Positions 26,758-37,276 of a stretch of 61,163 nt of DNA are shown piece by piece (the first letter of the stretch is position 1; every line of letters begins with the position of its first letter). The notes below the pieces were generated by a model. That model was not told where the DNA came from. It was given only the letters and a program-made list of their open reading frames with translations, and did not search any database. Source of the stretch: Chloroflexota bacterium (lineage in GTDB: Bacteria > Chloroflexota > Limnocylindria > Limnocylindrales > CSP1-4); NCBI GenBank assembly GCA_042408925.1, contig JBHOQO010000075.1, positions 1 through 61,163 on the forward strand. The letters run 5' to 3'. The position numbers and the translations under genes were made by a program.

Positions 26758-28218
26758 TCAGCGGGCGCCGCGGGCGGCGATGATCTCGATCCCGGGCAGG
26801 GTCCGCGGGTCGGTGATCGCCCCCGTGATCGCCGTCGCGGCGGCGGTGAGCGGCGAGGCGAGGAAGGTTCGACCGCCCTTGCCCTGGCGCCCCTCGAAGT
26901 TCCGGTTCGAGGTGCTGATCGCGTACTGCCCGGGCGCGAGCTGGTCGCCGTTCATGGCGATGCACATGGAGCAGCCGGCCTCGCGCCACTCGGCACCGGC
27001 GGCCCGGAAGATGTCGGCCAGCCCTTCCCGCTCGGCCTGGCGCTTCACCTCGCTCGAACCCGGGACGACCATGAGCTTGACCCCGGGTGCGACCTTCCGA
27101 TCGCGGAGGACCATGGCGGCGAGCCGGAGGTCGGTGATCCGGCTGTTCGTGCAGGAGCCGATGAAGACGACGTCGACCTTCTGGCCGAGGAGCGGCTGGC
27201 CGGGCCGGAGGTCCATGTACTCGAGGGCCCGCTCGAGGGCCCGCCGGGCACCGGGGTCGGGGAGCTCGTCGGGGGTCGGGACCCGACCCGTGATCGGGAT
27301 CCCCATCCCGGGGTTCGTCCCGTACGTCACCATCGGCTCGAGGCGGCTGGCGTCGATGGTCACGCTCTTGTCGAAGCGGGCGCCGTCATCGGTCGGGAGC
27401 CGGCGCCAGCGGGCGACGGCGGCCTCCCAGGCGGCCCCCTTCGGTGCGTGGGGGCGGTCCGCGAGGTACTCGAAGGTCGTGTCGTCGGGGGCGATGAGGC
27501 CGGCCCGGGCGCCGCCCTCGATGCTCATGTTGCAGATCGTCATCCGCTCCTCCATCGAGAGGGCGCGGATCGCCTCGCCGCGGTACTCGAAGACGTGGCC
27601 GGTGCCGCCGCCGACGCCGATCTTGGCGATGAGGGCGAGGATGATGTCCTTGCTGCTCACGCCGGGCGCGAGGCGGCCGTCGACCCGGACCTCGTACGTC
27701 TTCGGCTTACGCTGGAGGAGGCACTGGGTGGCGAGGACCATCTCGACCTCGCTCGTCCCGATGCCGAAGGCGAGGGCCCCGAAGGCGCCGTGGGTGCTCG
27801 TGTGGCTGTCGCCGCAGACGATCGTCATCCCGGGCTGGGTGAGGCCGAGCTCGGGCCCGATGACGTGGACGATCCCCTGGTGGGGCGAGCCGAGGCCGTG
27901 GAAGGGGATCCCGAACTCGCGGCAGTTCTCGGCGAGCTGGGCGACCTGGGCCGCCGCCATCGGGTCGATGATCGGGAGCGAGCGGTCGTGGGTCGGCACG
28001 GAGTGGTCGGCCGTGGCGACGGTCTTGTCCGGCCGGCGAACCCGGAGGCCGCGGGCGCGGAGGCCGGCGAAGGCCTGGGGGGAGGTCACCTCGTGGACGA
28101 GGTGGAGGTCGACGGCGAGGACGGCGGGGGCCCCGGGCTCCTCGACGACGACGTGGTCGTCCCAGATCTTGTCGACGATCGTCCGCGGCTCGGCGGTAGT
28201 TCGCGGGTCGGTGGTCAT
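26758..28218 (-). CDS. leuC: 3-isopropylmalate dehydratase large subunit
   Basis: [54 protein letters not shown]. Confidence 0.98.
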   Translation of the reverse strand: MTTDPRTTAEPRTIVDKIWDDHVVVEEPGAPAVLAVDLHLVHEVTSPQAFAGLRARGLRVRRPDKTVATADHSVPTHDRSLPIIDPMAAAQVAQLAENCREFGIPFHGLGSPHQGIVHVIGPELGLTQPGMTIVCGDSHTSTHGAFGALAFGIGTSEVEMVLATQCLLQRKPKTYEVRVDGRLAPGVSSKDIILALIAKIGVGGGTGHVFEYRGEAIRALSMEERMTICNMSIEGGARAGLIAPDDTTFEYLADRPHAPKGAAWEAAVARWRRLPTDDGARFDKSVTIDASRLEPMVTYGTNPGMGIPITGRVPTPDELPDPGARRALERALEYMDLRPGQPLLGQKVDVVFIGSCTNSRITDLRLAAMVLRDRKVAPGVKLMVVPGSSEVKRQAEREGLADIFRAAGAEWREAGCSMCIAMNGDQLAPGQYAISTSNRNFEGRQGKGGRTFLASPLTAAATAITGAITDPRTLPGIEIIAARGAR

Positions 28219-28452
28219 GGGTCCTTTCGCTGCGGCGGTGTCGGCGCCGGCGGCGCGCCCACGGCAAGGCGCCCGGCCGGCGGCCGATCCTGGTCTCGTG
28301 GTTCGTGCCGCGATCCTCGGGTCGGCCCGAGGCAGGCAGTCGGCCGTGCCCAGGCCGATCGGGGGACGGCCCGACAGCGTACCAGATCGCCGCCGAACGG
28401 CGCCTGTCGACCGCGCTGATACCCAGAGGTCCTTCCCCGAGGGTACGGGGAC

Positions 28453-30063
28453 CTAGCGGGACAAAACGCCGCCCCCGGGAACGGGCGCTCCAGCTGGTCG
28501 CTTGCGTCCCAATCTGCGCTCGCGAAATGCGAGGCAGGCCTGCCAGACCCTCTCGTGATCCACTCCAAGCACCCGGTCCACCAGGGCAGCCGCCCCCTTC
28601 TCGTCCCTCTTCCGCATCAACAGGTCGGCGTGATCGAACAGGCTGGCAAGGACAGGGATGGCCTGCGGGGTGACCTTGGGAAGCACGAGGCGCTCGGCCT
28701 CGCGGGTCTCCAGCTTGAGAACGCCGCCGCCGTAGGCTCGCCCCTCGATCTCGCCGCTGAGCAGGGTCAGCGAGCTGCACATCGCCACGGCGAGGGCACG
28801 GAGTGGCGGCGCATCGTCTCGGAGCGTCACCCCGTGGAGGAGGTTGGTACTCCACGCTCCGACCTCGTTGGCGATCAAGCGCGGGCCAAGGTGCGACATG
28901 TACGGCAGGAAGGCATGCGGGCGTCGGCGCGGTAGCGGTACGACGTACCAGGGACGGCGGACACGACACTTGTAGCGCCGCGGGATGCCGTCGTGTTCCC
29001 CCTCCTCGAGGTACCGCTGGACGGCAGCGCCGAGTCGGTTCACTCCATGAAGATCGAGCAGCCAGGATAGTTCCTCGACTCGAACCTGCAGACCAGGCAC
29101 GTCCTGCGGCCGCCGTACTGCTGGCGTGAGCACGTCAGGTGGCAAACCCCGTGCCTGGGCGTCGTCAGGGCTCAGAACGAAGAAGTCGTTGGCTCCGGTT
29201 ACGAAGCCGATGTCAACCGAGGCGATATCCCCGAGCCGCCCACCACCGTGCTCCTCGACGGCTTCCTGATAAACCTGACCCGCCAGGCTGTCCACCGCCG
29301 AGCTCCAGCGCCCGTTCGTCCAGGCGCTTCTTTCCCCTTCGCCGAAGGAGAGCTCTGCAAGGGCTGCCACGTCGGGAACCCGCCGAACGCTCAGACCATG
29401 CGGTTGATCGCTCGAGGCGAGCAGCAAGATCGCGTCAACCTGTGCGTCCTGGAAGACCATCCGGTCGAAGGCCACGATCAGGACCGAGCTGAAACGCCGG
29501 AGCAGGAAGGCTCGAACGGGTTCGGCATAGTCGGCGTGGAGGAGCTCGGCCGGCAGAACGAGTGCGAGACGGCCCTCCGGCTGTAGGAAGGCTGCCCCGT
29601 GGACCGTAAAGTGCGCCCACGAAGACGCGAGGCCGCTTAGCTCGACGCCCTGGGCGAGGGTTCGGCGCATTGCCTTCTCGCGTTCGCTACCGGCAAAGCC
29701 GTGGTAGCGGATGTACGGCGGGTTGCCGATGACGGCGTCAACCGGGGCGATCCCGGCCGGATCGAGATCGAAGAAGTCGACGTCCCGGATGTCGGCGGCC
29801 GGTGCGAGGGACCGGGCCTTCGCCGCCTCGTGCGGCTCGCGCTCCACGGCCAGGAGACGGTCGGCGGAGGCGACGCCACCGAGTTCCCGGAAGCGCTCGT
29901 CGATGGCTGCTACAAAGGCACCGTCTCCGCACGACGGCTCGAGGACTCGATCCACCGGCGATCGAACTGCCCACCGAACGAGGAACCGGGCCACCGCTGC
30001 CGGGGTGTAGAAGCCGCCCCGCGCCTTCGCCTCCTCGCGGCTCTCAACCGTGATCGCTCCCAT
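28453..30063 (-). CDS. N6-adenine DNA methyltransferase (gamma class) with C-terminal target-recognition region
   Basis: GGFYTP, VLEPSCGDGAF (SAM binding), IGNPPYIRY (motif IV), KCRVRRPWY, YGGGVLKLE. Confidence 0.9.
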   Translation of the reverse strand: MGAITVESREEAKARGGFYTPAAVARFLVRWAVRSPVDRVLEPSCGDGAFVAAIDERFRELGGVASADRLLAVEREPHEAAKARSLAPAADIRDVDFFDLDPAGIAPVDAVIGNPPYIRYHGFAGSEREKAMRRTLAQGVELSGLASSWAHFTVHGAAFLQPEGRLALVLPAELLHADYAEPVRAFLLRRFSSVLIVAFDRMVFQDAQVDAILLLASSDQPHGLSVRRVPDVAALAELSFGEGERSAWTNGRWSSAVDSLAGQVYQEAVEEHGGGRLGDIASVDIGFVTGANDFFVLSPDDAQARGLPPDVLTPAVRRPQDVPGLQVRVEELSWLLDLHGVNRLGAAVQRYLEEGEHDGIPRRYKCRVRRPWYVVPLPRRRPHAFLPYMSHLGPRLIANEVGAWSTNLLHGVTLRDDAPPLRALAVAMCSSLTLLSGEIEGRAYGGGVLKLETREAERLVLPKVTPQAIPVLASLFDHADLLMRKRDEKGAAALVDRVLGVDHERVWQACLAFRERRLGRKRPAGAPVPGGGVLSR

Positions 30064-30100
30064 GGGCGTACCGTCCTCCTGGAGCGTGACAGCTAGGCCG

Positions 30101-30910
30101 TCACGCCCTCAATCCGAGCACGTCCTGGCACGCTCGGTACAGGACGCGATCGATGCTCAGATCGACGGGCACGGGGACGACCCGGTACTGGGTCGGAGCC
30201 GTCACCGACACGGGCGTAAAGCAGAAGAGACCCACACCGTCCAGGACCTGGGCCGCAGCGCGAGCGTGGCGCACCACCGCATCGAAGTCTCGTTCGTCGA
30301 CGACGCGTGCCGTAATGAAGAGGTATGCGCGGGGTGGTACTGATCGGAGCCACGAGGTCAGGTTCCCTCCGGGGATCGACGTCGGAGACTTGCCTTGGCC
30401 AGCCATGATGCGGCCGTACTCTGCCTTTAGGTCGATCGTCTTGAAGGCGACCTCCTGGATCCGCTTCTGCAGGTCGGCCGATCCTCGCCGCCCGATCGGC
30501 ACCTGCCTCGGAGACAGGGGATGTCGTGGGGTGCCGACCGCCTTCGCTTCGAGAACAAAGCCTGCGATGCCGCCGCTTGGGTAGGTCAGGTCGAGATTGT
30601 GGTTCGGGTAGACGAGGCCCGGAACGCCGCGGCGCGAGTAGAGCGTCACGCCGGCGCAGTTCTCCAGGAGCAGGGCCAACAAGTCGTTGAAGAAGTCCCC
30701 CTTGCCGTTCTGGAGATCGCCGATATCCGCCGTTCCAGATGCGACGTTCGAGTCGAACTGCTCCATGGCGCGGACAAACACAGCCTCGATCTGGCTCCAG
30801 GACGTTGCGCCGGAGGCCTTTGCCGTCGTGTACATCGCCCACAGGGGAGCACAACCTGGCTTGGTCGCCACGATCCGGCTAGTTGAGCGGGCGGTTGCTT
30901 GGCGCGCCAT
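30101..30910 (-). CDS. Putative type II restriction endonuclease (PD-(D/E)XK)
   Basis: 270-codon ORF from ATG 30910 with NLDLTY...VLEAK, directly upstream of and co-oriented with the MTase. Atypical codon usage. Confidence 0.7.
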   Translation of the reverse strand: MARQATARSTSRIVATKPGCAPLWAMYTTAKASGATSWSQIEAVFVRAMEQFDSNVASGTADIGDLQNGKGDFFNDLLALLLENCAGVTLYSRRGVPGLVYPNHNLDLTYPSGGIAGFVLEAKAVGTPRHPLSPRQVPIGRRGSADLQKRIQEVAFKTIDLKAEYGRIMAGQGKSPTSIPGGNLTSWLRSVPPRAYLFITARVVDERDFDAVVRHARAAAQVLDGVGLFCFTPVSVTAPTQYRVVPVPVDLSIDRVLYRACQDVLGLRA

Positions 30911-31017
30911 GGCATGAGGATGCCACGTCGGGCTCAGCCTCGTCGGCCAGCAGAGGAACGTTGACCGTGAGCGCTCCTTGCGGTGGTGGAAGTGGAGTAG
31001 GGAGTTTCCCGCCTCCT

Positions 31018-32334
31018 CTACCCCGTCGCGGCCCTCCCGTCGACGATCCCACCGAACGGCGTCCGGAGGGCGGCGAGGGCGCCCAGGGCGAGGAAGCCGG
31101 CGACGACGAGCCAGATCGAGGTCACCCCCGTCGCGCCGGCGAGGGCGCCGACGGCGGTCGGGACGACGAGGAGCGACGCCCGATTGCCGGTCAGGCGGAC
31201 CCCGAGGGCCAGGGCCCGCTCGCGGCGCGGGGAGCGGTTCGCGACCCAGGCGATCGTCATCGGCTGGCCGAGGCCGAGGCCGAGGCCGGCGAGGATCATG
31301 AGGGCGGCGAGGACCGGCGTCGGCGGGACGACGACGAGAGCGCCGACCCCGAGGGCGGCGAGGATCATGCTCGCGGCGAGGAGCCGCTCCCGGCCCAGGC
31401 GCTCGATGAGGGCGCCCATGAACAGGCGCGAAATCAGGCTCGCTGCCGCCCTGAGCGACAGGAGGAGGCCAACGACCTCGACCGGGAGACCGACGGCTTC
31501 GCCGTAGGCCGGCAGGTAGGCGACGAGGACGTCGACCGACGAGAGGACGGTGATGCTGACGAGCATCGCCGTCGCCATCCCGGGGCGCCGGAGGACGAGC
31601 CAGGCGGCCCGGGCCAGCCCGACCCGGGGCTCGTCCTCCCCCGGCGGACGGGGGCGCGGGGGACGGTGGGGGATCGTGAGGGCGAGCCCGAGGGCGATGG
31701 TCGCCATGGCGGCGCCGAGGAGGAAGACGGGTGTCTCCGGGGTGAGGGCAACTCCGCCGAGCGACGGCGTGACGGGGCCGGCCGACGAACCACCGACCCC
31801 GGCCGCGACACCGGCGCCGAGGACGAGACCCGCCGTCGCCGGGCCGATGAGCTGCCCGAGCGATGCGCACGTCGCGTACCACCCGTAGCGGAGCTCCCGT
31901 CCCTCGCGGGGCCCGCGGTTCGCGATCATCGTCTGGCCGGCGACGTGGCTCGTGATCTGGCCGAGGCCGAGGAGCGTCATCGCCGCGGCGAGAACGAGGA
32001 GGGAATCGGCGGCGGCGGTCACGAGGCTGGCGACGGCGAGGATCGCCATCGCCCCGGCGAGGAAGCGGGCTTCGCCGCGGCGATCGACCCAGCGACCGAT
32101 GGCGACCGCCGTCGCCGCCGGGAGGATCGAGAAGGCCGACTGGACGAGCCCGATTTCGAAGGGACCGGCGCCGAGGCCGAGGGCGCGGTACGTGACGACC
32201 GGCCGGACGGCGTTCACCGCCCCGACGGAGAGGACGACGATGACGAGCTGGGCGGACAGGCTCCGGATCCAGCTGCGATCGGAGATCGAGGACGATGACG
32301 GCTGGCGGCCGGCTGTCGGTGGCTCCTCCAGCAT
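31018..32334 (-). CDS. MFS transporter
   Basis: About 12 hydrophobic segments; GRWVDRRGEARF and GALIERLGRERL loop motifs. Confidence 0.9.
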   Translation of the reverse strand: MLEEPPTAGRQPSSSSISDRSWIRSLSAQLVIVVLSVGAVNAVRPVVTYRALGLGAGPFEIGLVQSAFSILPAATAVAIGRWVDRRGEARFLAGAMAILAVASLVTAAADSLLVLAAAMTLLGLGQITSHVAGQTMIANRGPREGRELRYGWYATCASLGQLIGPATAGLVLGAGVAAGVGGSSAGPVTPSLGGVALTPETPVFLLGAAMATIALGLALTIPHRPPRPRPPGEDEPRVGLARAAWLVLRRPGMATAMLVSITVLSSVDVLVAYLPAYGEAVGLPVEVVGLLLSLRAAASLISRLFMGALIERLGRERLLAASMILAALGVGALVVVPPTPVLAALMILAGLGLGLGQPMTIAWVANRSPRRERALALGVRLTGNRASLLVVPTAVGALAGATGVTSIWLVVAGFLALGALAALRTPFGGIVDGRAATG

Positions 32335-32677
32335 GAGGCGTGCGGGTCAGGTGCTCGAGACAGCCGGCCACCGGGGCTGGGCGACGGCTGGTGGGGGACG
32401 GACGATTGTGGGCTCCGTGAGCTTCAGGGGTCGTGCGTGGAGCGCGATGCCTGCCATCGATGGCAGCCGGCCACGAGGCTGGGCCGTCGCCGTCCATCGT
32501 ACGAGAGGGACGCCGGCTTTGCGCCCCCGACTCGCACCAGACCATGCTCCGGGCATCGTCGGCCGCATCGCGGACAATGAGGAGCGTCATCCGGCCACTG
32601 CCGACCGAGTCGAGGGTCAACGCCGCTCGTCACGCATCGAGAGGGTGCGGAGAGCGGCGTTGGCATCGGTGGTTGTT

Positions 32678-33409
32678 TCAGCTCGTGTCGGCCAGCAACT
32701 CCCGCAGATCCTCGATCCAAGGGTAGCCCGGTTCTCGGCGCGCTCCCGGCCGGGCCACGAGGACGCATGCCACGCCCGCTCGGTGCGCCGCCTCGGCGTC
32801 CTCGCTGGGATGGTTGCCGACGTAGAGCGTCTCCGCTGCGGGCACGCCGGCAGTGGCGAGTGCGACCCGGAGGGGCGTGGGGTCTGGCTTCTCTGCGCCC
32901 GCCTGGGCCGACGTGACGACGAGGCCGAGGTACGACCCCGCCCCCAATGCCTCGAGCAGCCCTGGCAGCCAGGCGTCCCAGTTCGAGACGACGCCCACGA
33001 AGACGCCAGCCTGGCGCATGCCGCTCAGGGTGGGGAGCGCGTCGGGGTAGAGCATCCAGCGAGATGGCTGCCGGATGTCCGCCCAGAGCGCCCGCGCGAT
33101 TTCCTTGGGGCGCTCGAGTCCGCAACGCAGGACGACCTGCAGATAGAACCACTGCCAGAGGCGCCCGCATTCCTCGGGCGCTCCATATCGGAGCCCTCGC
33201 TGCCGCATCCGCCCCAGCGCGGCGAAGAGCTCTGAGCTCGCCGTCGCCAGTCGATCGGCGTCGGCTTCGGTCCCGTGCTCCCGACAGATGTCCGCCAGCA
33301 GATCTCCGAACGGCCGCGCGGTGTCGACGAGGGTTCCTCCGGCGTCGAACAGGACCGCCCGGTAGGGCCGGTGGCGGAAGATCAGACGCCCCCTCGAGTC
33401 AGGCACCAT
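32678..33409 (-). CDS. HAD-superfamily phosphatase, last gene of the rib operon
   Basis: LFDAGGTL (motif I), [24 protein letters not shown]. Start overlaps the ribH stop. Confidence 0.85.
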   Translation of the reverse strand: MVPDSRGRLIFRHRPYRAVLFDAGGTLVDTARPFGDLLADICREHGTEADADRLATASSELFAALGRMRQRGLRYGAPEECGRLWQWFYLQVVLRCGLERPKEIARALWADIRQPSRWMLYPDALPTLSGMRQAGVFVGVVSNWDAWLPGLLEALGAGSYLGLVVTSAQAGAEKPDPTPLRVALATAGVPAAETLYVGNHPSEDAEAAHRAGVACVLVARPGARREPGYPWIEDLRELLADTS

Positions 33410-33872
33410 CACCCAGGGCCCGCAGGAGGTTCGCCATTTCGATGGCGGCCAGGGCTGCATCCCAGCCGCGGTTCCCGGCCTTGGTGCCCGCCCGCTCCAC
33501 CGCCTGCTCCAGGGTGTCGGTGGTGAGCACGCCGAAGGTGACCGGAACGCCCGTCTCGCGGCTGGCCGCAGCGATCCCTCGAGCTGCCTCGGCGGCGACG
33601 TACTCGAAGTGCGGCGTCGCGCCGCGGATGACGGCCCCGAGGCAGATGATGCCGTCGTAGCGACGGCTGTCGGCGAGGCGGCGCGCCACGACGGGAATCT
33701 CTAGGGACCCCGGGACCCATGCCACGTCGACCGCGTCCGGCGCAACGCCGTGCCGTCGGAGGCAGTCCAGGGCGCCCTCGAGCAGCGTCTGGGTGATGGC
33801 ACCGTTGAAGCGGGCGACCACGACGCCGAATCGGAGCCCGTGCCCGACCAGCTGTCCTTCGAATACCTGCAT
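33399..33872 (-). CDS. ribH: 6,7-dimethyl-8-ribityllumazine synthase
   Basis: [45 protein letters not shown]. Confidence 0.97.
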   Translation of the reverse strand: MQVFEGQLVGHGLRFGVVVARFNGAITQTLLEGALDCLRRHGVAPDAVDVAWVPGSLEIPVVARRLADSRRYDGIICLGAVIRGATPHFEYVAAEAARGIAAASRETGVPVTFGVLTTDTLEQAVERAGTKAGNRGWDAALAAIEMANLLRALGDGA

Positions 33873-33892
33873 GTTGGCACTCCTCCTCGATG

Positions 33893-35113
33893 TCAGATGT
33901 GGAACAGATGCCCGAGCTTGTCCCGCTTGGTTCGGAGGTACCGCTGGTTGTGCGGCGTCGGGGGGACCACCAGCGGCAACCGCTCCACGATCTGCAGGCC
34001 GTACTGGTCCAACGCGGCAAGCTTCCGGGGGTTGTTGGTGAGCAGCCGGATCTTGCGGGCGCCAAGATCAAGCAGGATCTGAGCGCACACCCCATAGTCC
34101 CGGGGATCAGGCGGAAACCCCAGGACCTCGTTGGCCTCGACGGTATCGAGCCCCTGCTCCTGGAGGGCGTAGGCTCGAACCTTGTTGGCCAGGCCGATGC
34201 CGCGACCTTCTTGGCGGACGTAGAGCAGCACGCCACCGGCTTGGCCGATGAGCTCCAGCGCTTGGCCCAGCTGGCGCCCGCAGTCGCAGCGAAGGGAGTG
34301 GAGCGCGTCGCCGGTCAGGCATTCGGAGTGGACGCGGACCAGCACCGGCTCCGCCGGGGTCACGCGTCCGCGGACGAGCGCGAGGTGCGTCTGGCCCGTC
34401 GACAAGTCCTCGTAGGCGTGGACCGCGAACTCGCCGTGCGCCGTCGGGAGGGTCGCCGCCGCGACGCGCTCGACCACCCGCGCCTGGGTCCGACGGTAGT
34501 TCACGAGCTCGGCGATGGTGATGAGCTTCAGCCGGTGCTCCCGGGCGAACTCCACGAGCCGCGGCAGCCGCGCCATGCGGCCGTCGTCGTCCATGATCTC
34601 GCAGATGACTCCGGCCGGTGCCAGCCCCGCCAGGCGGGCGAGGTCGACTGCGGCCTCGGTGTGCCCACGCCGGCGCAGCACCCCACCGGGCTCGTACCGG
34701 AGGGGGAAGACGTGCCCGGGCCGCCGCAGGTCGGCCGGGCGGGTCGCCGGATCCACCAGGGCTCGAATCGTCAGGGCACGTTCGTAGGCCGAGATGCCGG
34801 TCCGCGTGCTCCGGTGGTCAACGGAGACGGTGAACGCGGTGCAAGCGCGATCCTCCGAGACCGGCACCATCATCGGGATGTCCAGGGCGTTCAGCCGGTC
34901 GGCGGTCAGGGGCACGCAGATGAGCCCCCGCCCGTACCGGGCCATGAAATTGACGGCCTCCGGGGTGACGAGTTGGGCCGCCATCACGAGGTCGCCCTCA
35001 TCCTCCCGCTCCTCGTCGTCTAGGACCACCACCATCCGGCCGGTGCGGATGTCTTCGACGGCCTCAGGAACGGTGGCAAAGGGGCTCGTGGCGAGCGCGG
35101 GGGTCACCGCCAT
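33893..35113 (-). CDS. ribBA: Bifunctional DHBP synthase / GTP cyclohydrolase II
   Basis: [22 protein letters not shown]; [10 protein letters not shown]...[19 protein letters not shown]. Confidence 0.97.
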   Translation of the reverse strand: MAVTPALATSPFATVPEAVEDIRTGRMVVVLDDEEREDEGDLVMAAQLVTPEAVNFMARYGRGLICVPLTADRLNALDIPMMVPVSEDRACTAFTVSVDHRSTRTGISAYERALTIRALVDPATRPADLRRPGHVFPLRYEPGGVLRRRGHTEAAVDLARLAGLAPAGVICEIMDDDGRMARLPRLVEFAREHRLKLITIAELVNYRRTQARVVERVAAATLPTAHGEFAVHAYEDLSTGQTHLALVRGRVTPAEPVLVRVHSECLTGDALHSLRCDCGRQLGQALELIGQAGGVLLYVRQEGRGIGLANKVRAYALQEQGLDTVEANEVLGFPPDPRDYGVCAQILLDLGARKIRLLTNNPRKLAALDQYGLQIVERLPLVVPPTPHNQRYLRTKRDKLGHLFHI

Positions 35114-35739
35114 GGACGTGGCCCCCTCCCCACCGCGGAGCCTCCCCGTGCCGACGCCAGGAGCCTCTCGACGTATTTCCCTAGGACGTCCGCTTCGAGG
35201 TTGACGGGCTCACCGACCATCCGTCGACCCAGAGTGGTGGCGGCGAGCGTGTGTGGAATGAGAGCCACGGCGAAGCCGCGCCCGCCCGGGGTTTCGCTCA
35301 CCACCGTCAGGCTCACGCCGTCCACGGCGATGGATCCCTTGGGGACGACGTACCGCATGACCTCGGGCGGGGCGGCGATCTCGAGGAGGACCCCCTCGCC
35401 GTGGGATCGACGGGCTGTCACCCGTCCCACCGCGTCGATGTGACCCTGGACGAAGTGGCCGCCGAGGAAACTCGTCGGCCGGGCCGGGCGCTCGAGGTTC
35501 ACCGGTTCGCCGGGACGGAGCTCCTTGAGCGTCGTCCGGCGCAACGTCTCCAGGACGACATCCATGCCGGCGACGGCGGACTGGATGTCGGTGATGGTGA
35601 GGCAGACGCCGTTGACGGCCAGACTATCCCCGGGTCGGAGGCCATCAAGGCCGCCGAGGTCCACCGCCAGTCGCATCCCCCCGGATGAGCGGCTGACGGC
35701 CACGACCGTTCCCTTGGCTTCGACGATGCCGGTGAACAT
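35104..35739 (-). CDS. ribE: Riboflavin synthase (alpha chain)
   Basis: MFTGIVE, AVNGVCLT, GGHFVQGH, GSIAVDGVSLTV. Confidence 0.97.
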   Translation of the reverse strand: MFTGIVEAKGTVVAVSRSSGGMRLAVDLGGLDGLRPGDSLAVNGVCLTITDIQSAVAGMDVVLETLRRTTLKELRPGEPVNLERPARPTSFLGGHFVQGHIDAVGRVTARRSHGEGVLLEIAAPPEVMRYVVPKGSIAVDGVSLTVVSETPGGRGFAVALIPHTLAATTLGRRMVGEPVNLEADVLGKYVERLLASARGGSAVGRGPRPWR

Positions 35740-36930
35740 TCAGGACCTCGCCTCCGATGCCGCGGTGGCCGTGGGCGCAGGCCCGGCGGGTGAAGCGACG
35801 TAGCCTTCCAGCAAGACGTCATCACCGATCCGCCTTGCGGCGAGCCCCCGGATGGGGATGGCGTCGGCCAGGCGTGCGACGCCATCACCGCCTACCGGTC
35901 CCGGGGCCGCGACTCCGCCAACGATCCTGGGCGCGACGAAGATCAGGACCTTCTGGACCAGGCCGGTGGCCAGCGCTGCGGCGCTCAGCGTCGGTCCCCC
36001 CTCAAGCAGGACGTGGACGATGCCGCGGCGCCCCAGCTCGGAGGCCAGCGCCTGGAGGTCGACCCGGCCGTCGGCTCCCGGCGGTAGCCGAAGGACCTCG
36101 GCTCCGGCCGCCTCGAGCGCCCGGACCCGGTCGGCGGGAGCGTCGGACGTCACGGCGATCAGCGGCGGACGCGAGTCTCCGGCTGAGGTCAGGACCCGAG
36201 CCGCGGTTGGGGTCCGCGCGGCGCTATCGACGACGACCCGCAGCGGCTGTCGCGGCGCTCGGCTCAGCGGCGTGGTTCGCCCGGCCGGCCGGGCGGTCAA
36301 GAGCGAGTCGTCGGCGAGCACCGTCCCGATACCAACCACGACGGCGTCCACCTCCGTGCGAAGGGCGTGGACCAGCCGCCGAGAGTCCTCACCGGAGATC
36401 CATCGAGCGTCTCCGCTGCGGGTAGCGGCCCTACCGTCGAGCGTCATGGCGACCTTCATGGTCACGAACGGCAGGCCGGTGCGGCGGTGATGGACGTATG
36501 CCTCCAAGAGCCGGCCGGCCTGATCTCCCAGCAGGCCCACGTCCACGGCGACCCCGGCCCGGCGGAGGTCGGCGACCCCTCGGCCGGCAACCCGCGGATC
36601 AGGGTCCAACATCGCCGTGACCACGCGCGCGATGCCAGCGCGACGGATGGCTTCGGTGCAGGGCGGCGTTCGGCCGGTGTGACAGCAGGGCTCGAGCGTG
36701 ACGTACAGGGTCGCTCCACGGGCCCGGGGCCCGGCTTTTCGGAGCGCGACCACTTCGGCATGGGCCGAGCCGGCGGCGGCGTGGTACCCCGAGCCCACGA
36801 CCGCGCCGTCCGGCGCGACGACGACCGCCCCTACGGCCGGATTGGGGCTCGTCCAGCCCAACCCTCGACGCGCAAGGCCCAGTGCGCGCCGCATGGCGCC
36901 GAGGTCCGTCGAGGGACCGGTCGCGGCCAT
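35740..36930 (-). CDS. ribD: Bifunctional pyrimidine deaminase/reductase
   Basis: SPNPAVGAV, HAEV, TLEPCCH...PPC, KVAMTLDG, LEGG. ATG 36930 with an AGGAGG RBS. Confidence 0.96.
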   Translation of the reverse strand: MAATGPSTDLGAMRRALGLARRGLGWTSPNPAVGAVVVAPDGAVVGSGYHAAAGSAHAEVVALRKAGPRARGATLYVTLEPCCHTGRTPPCTEAIRRAGIARVVTAMLDPDPRVAGRGVADLRRAGVAVDVGLLGDQAGRLLEAYVHHRRTGLPFVTMKVAMTLDGRAATRSGDARWISGEDSRRLVHALRTEVDAVVVGIGTVLADDSLLTARPAGRTTPLSRAPRQPLRVVVDSAARTPTAARVLTSAGDSRPPLIAVTSDAPADRVRALEAAGAEVLRLPPGADGRVDLQALASELGRRGIVHVLLEGGPTLSAAALATGLVQKVLIFVAPRIVGGVAAPGPVGGDGVARLADAIPIRGLAARRIGDDVLLEGYVASPAGPAPTATAASEARS

Positions 36931-37000
36931 GAGTCCTCCTGTCGACGTGCCGCCCCGTTGTTCTTCGTCCAACTTCCCGCGGCCTTGGGGCGACGCAAAT

Positions 37001-37025
37001 AGGCCCCGGGGACGCCCCGGGGCCT
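37001..37025 (-). terminator. Terminator-like hairpin in the FMN riboswitch expression platform
   Basis: 11-bp perfect stem AGGCCCCGGGG/CCCCGGGGCCT, followed on the minus strand by ATTTG. Lies between the aptamer and ribD. Confidence 0.65.
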
Positions 37026-37080
37026 GGAACGCACGACACATCGCAGTCGCGCGACCTGGACCGTCGCGCGGCTCACCTCT

Positions 37081-37276
37081 GTGCCTTCTTCCATCCGGAC
37101 TGTACCGTCGGCTCCGGATTCCCACCGGTATCAGTCCCACGGCCGGCTGCGGCTGTGGGAGTCGCGGCGCTCGTCCCCCGCGTGGCTGGCGGAGGCATCA
37201 CCACCGATCGGGAATTGGGGCCACATCGAGAGCCGCAACAAGCTCCCAAAGAGCCCCTCACCCTGCCCCGAAGGCG
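37081..37276 (-). ncRNA. FMN riboswitch (RFN element) with an atypical L2 insertion
   Basis: Minus strand reads GCCTTCGGGGCAGGGTGA..[40 nt]..AATTCCCGATCGGTGGT ... GATACCGGTGGGAATCCGGAGCCGACGGTACAGTCCGGATGGAAGAAGGC. P1 is GCCTTC/GAAGGC; located upstream of ribD. Confidence 0.92.

Noticed and set aside
28219-28452. Leu-responsive leader peptide upstream of leuC
   Set aside because: No short ORF with a Leu run and no terminator with a U tract were found in this region.
30911-32620. 839-aa ORF 30101-32620 as a large fusion protein
   Set aside because: The upstream 570 codons are an off-frame, Arg/Pro-rich read of the MFS gene; only the part from ATG 30910 is protein-like.
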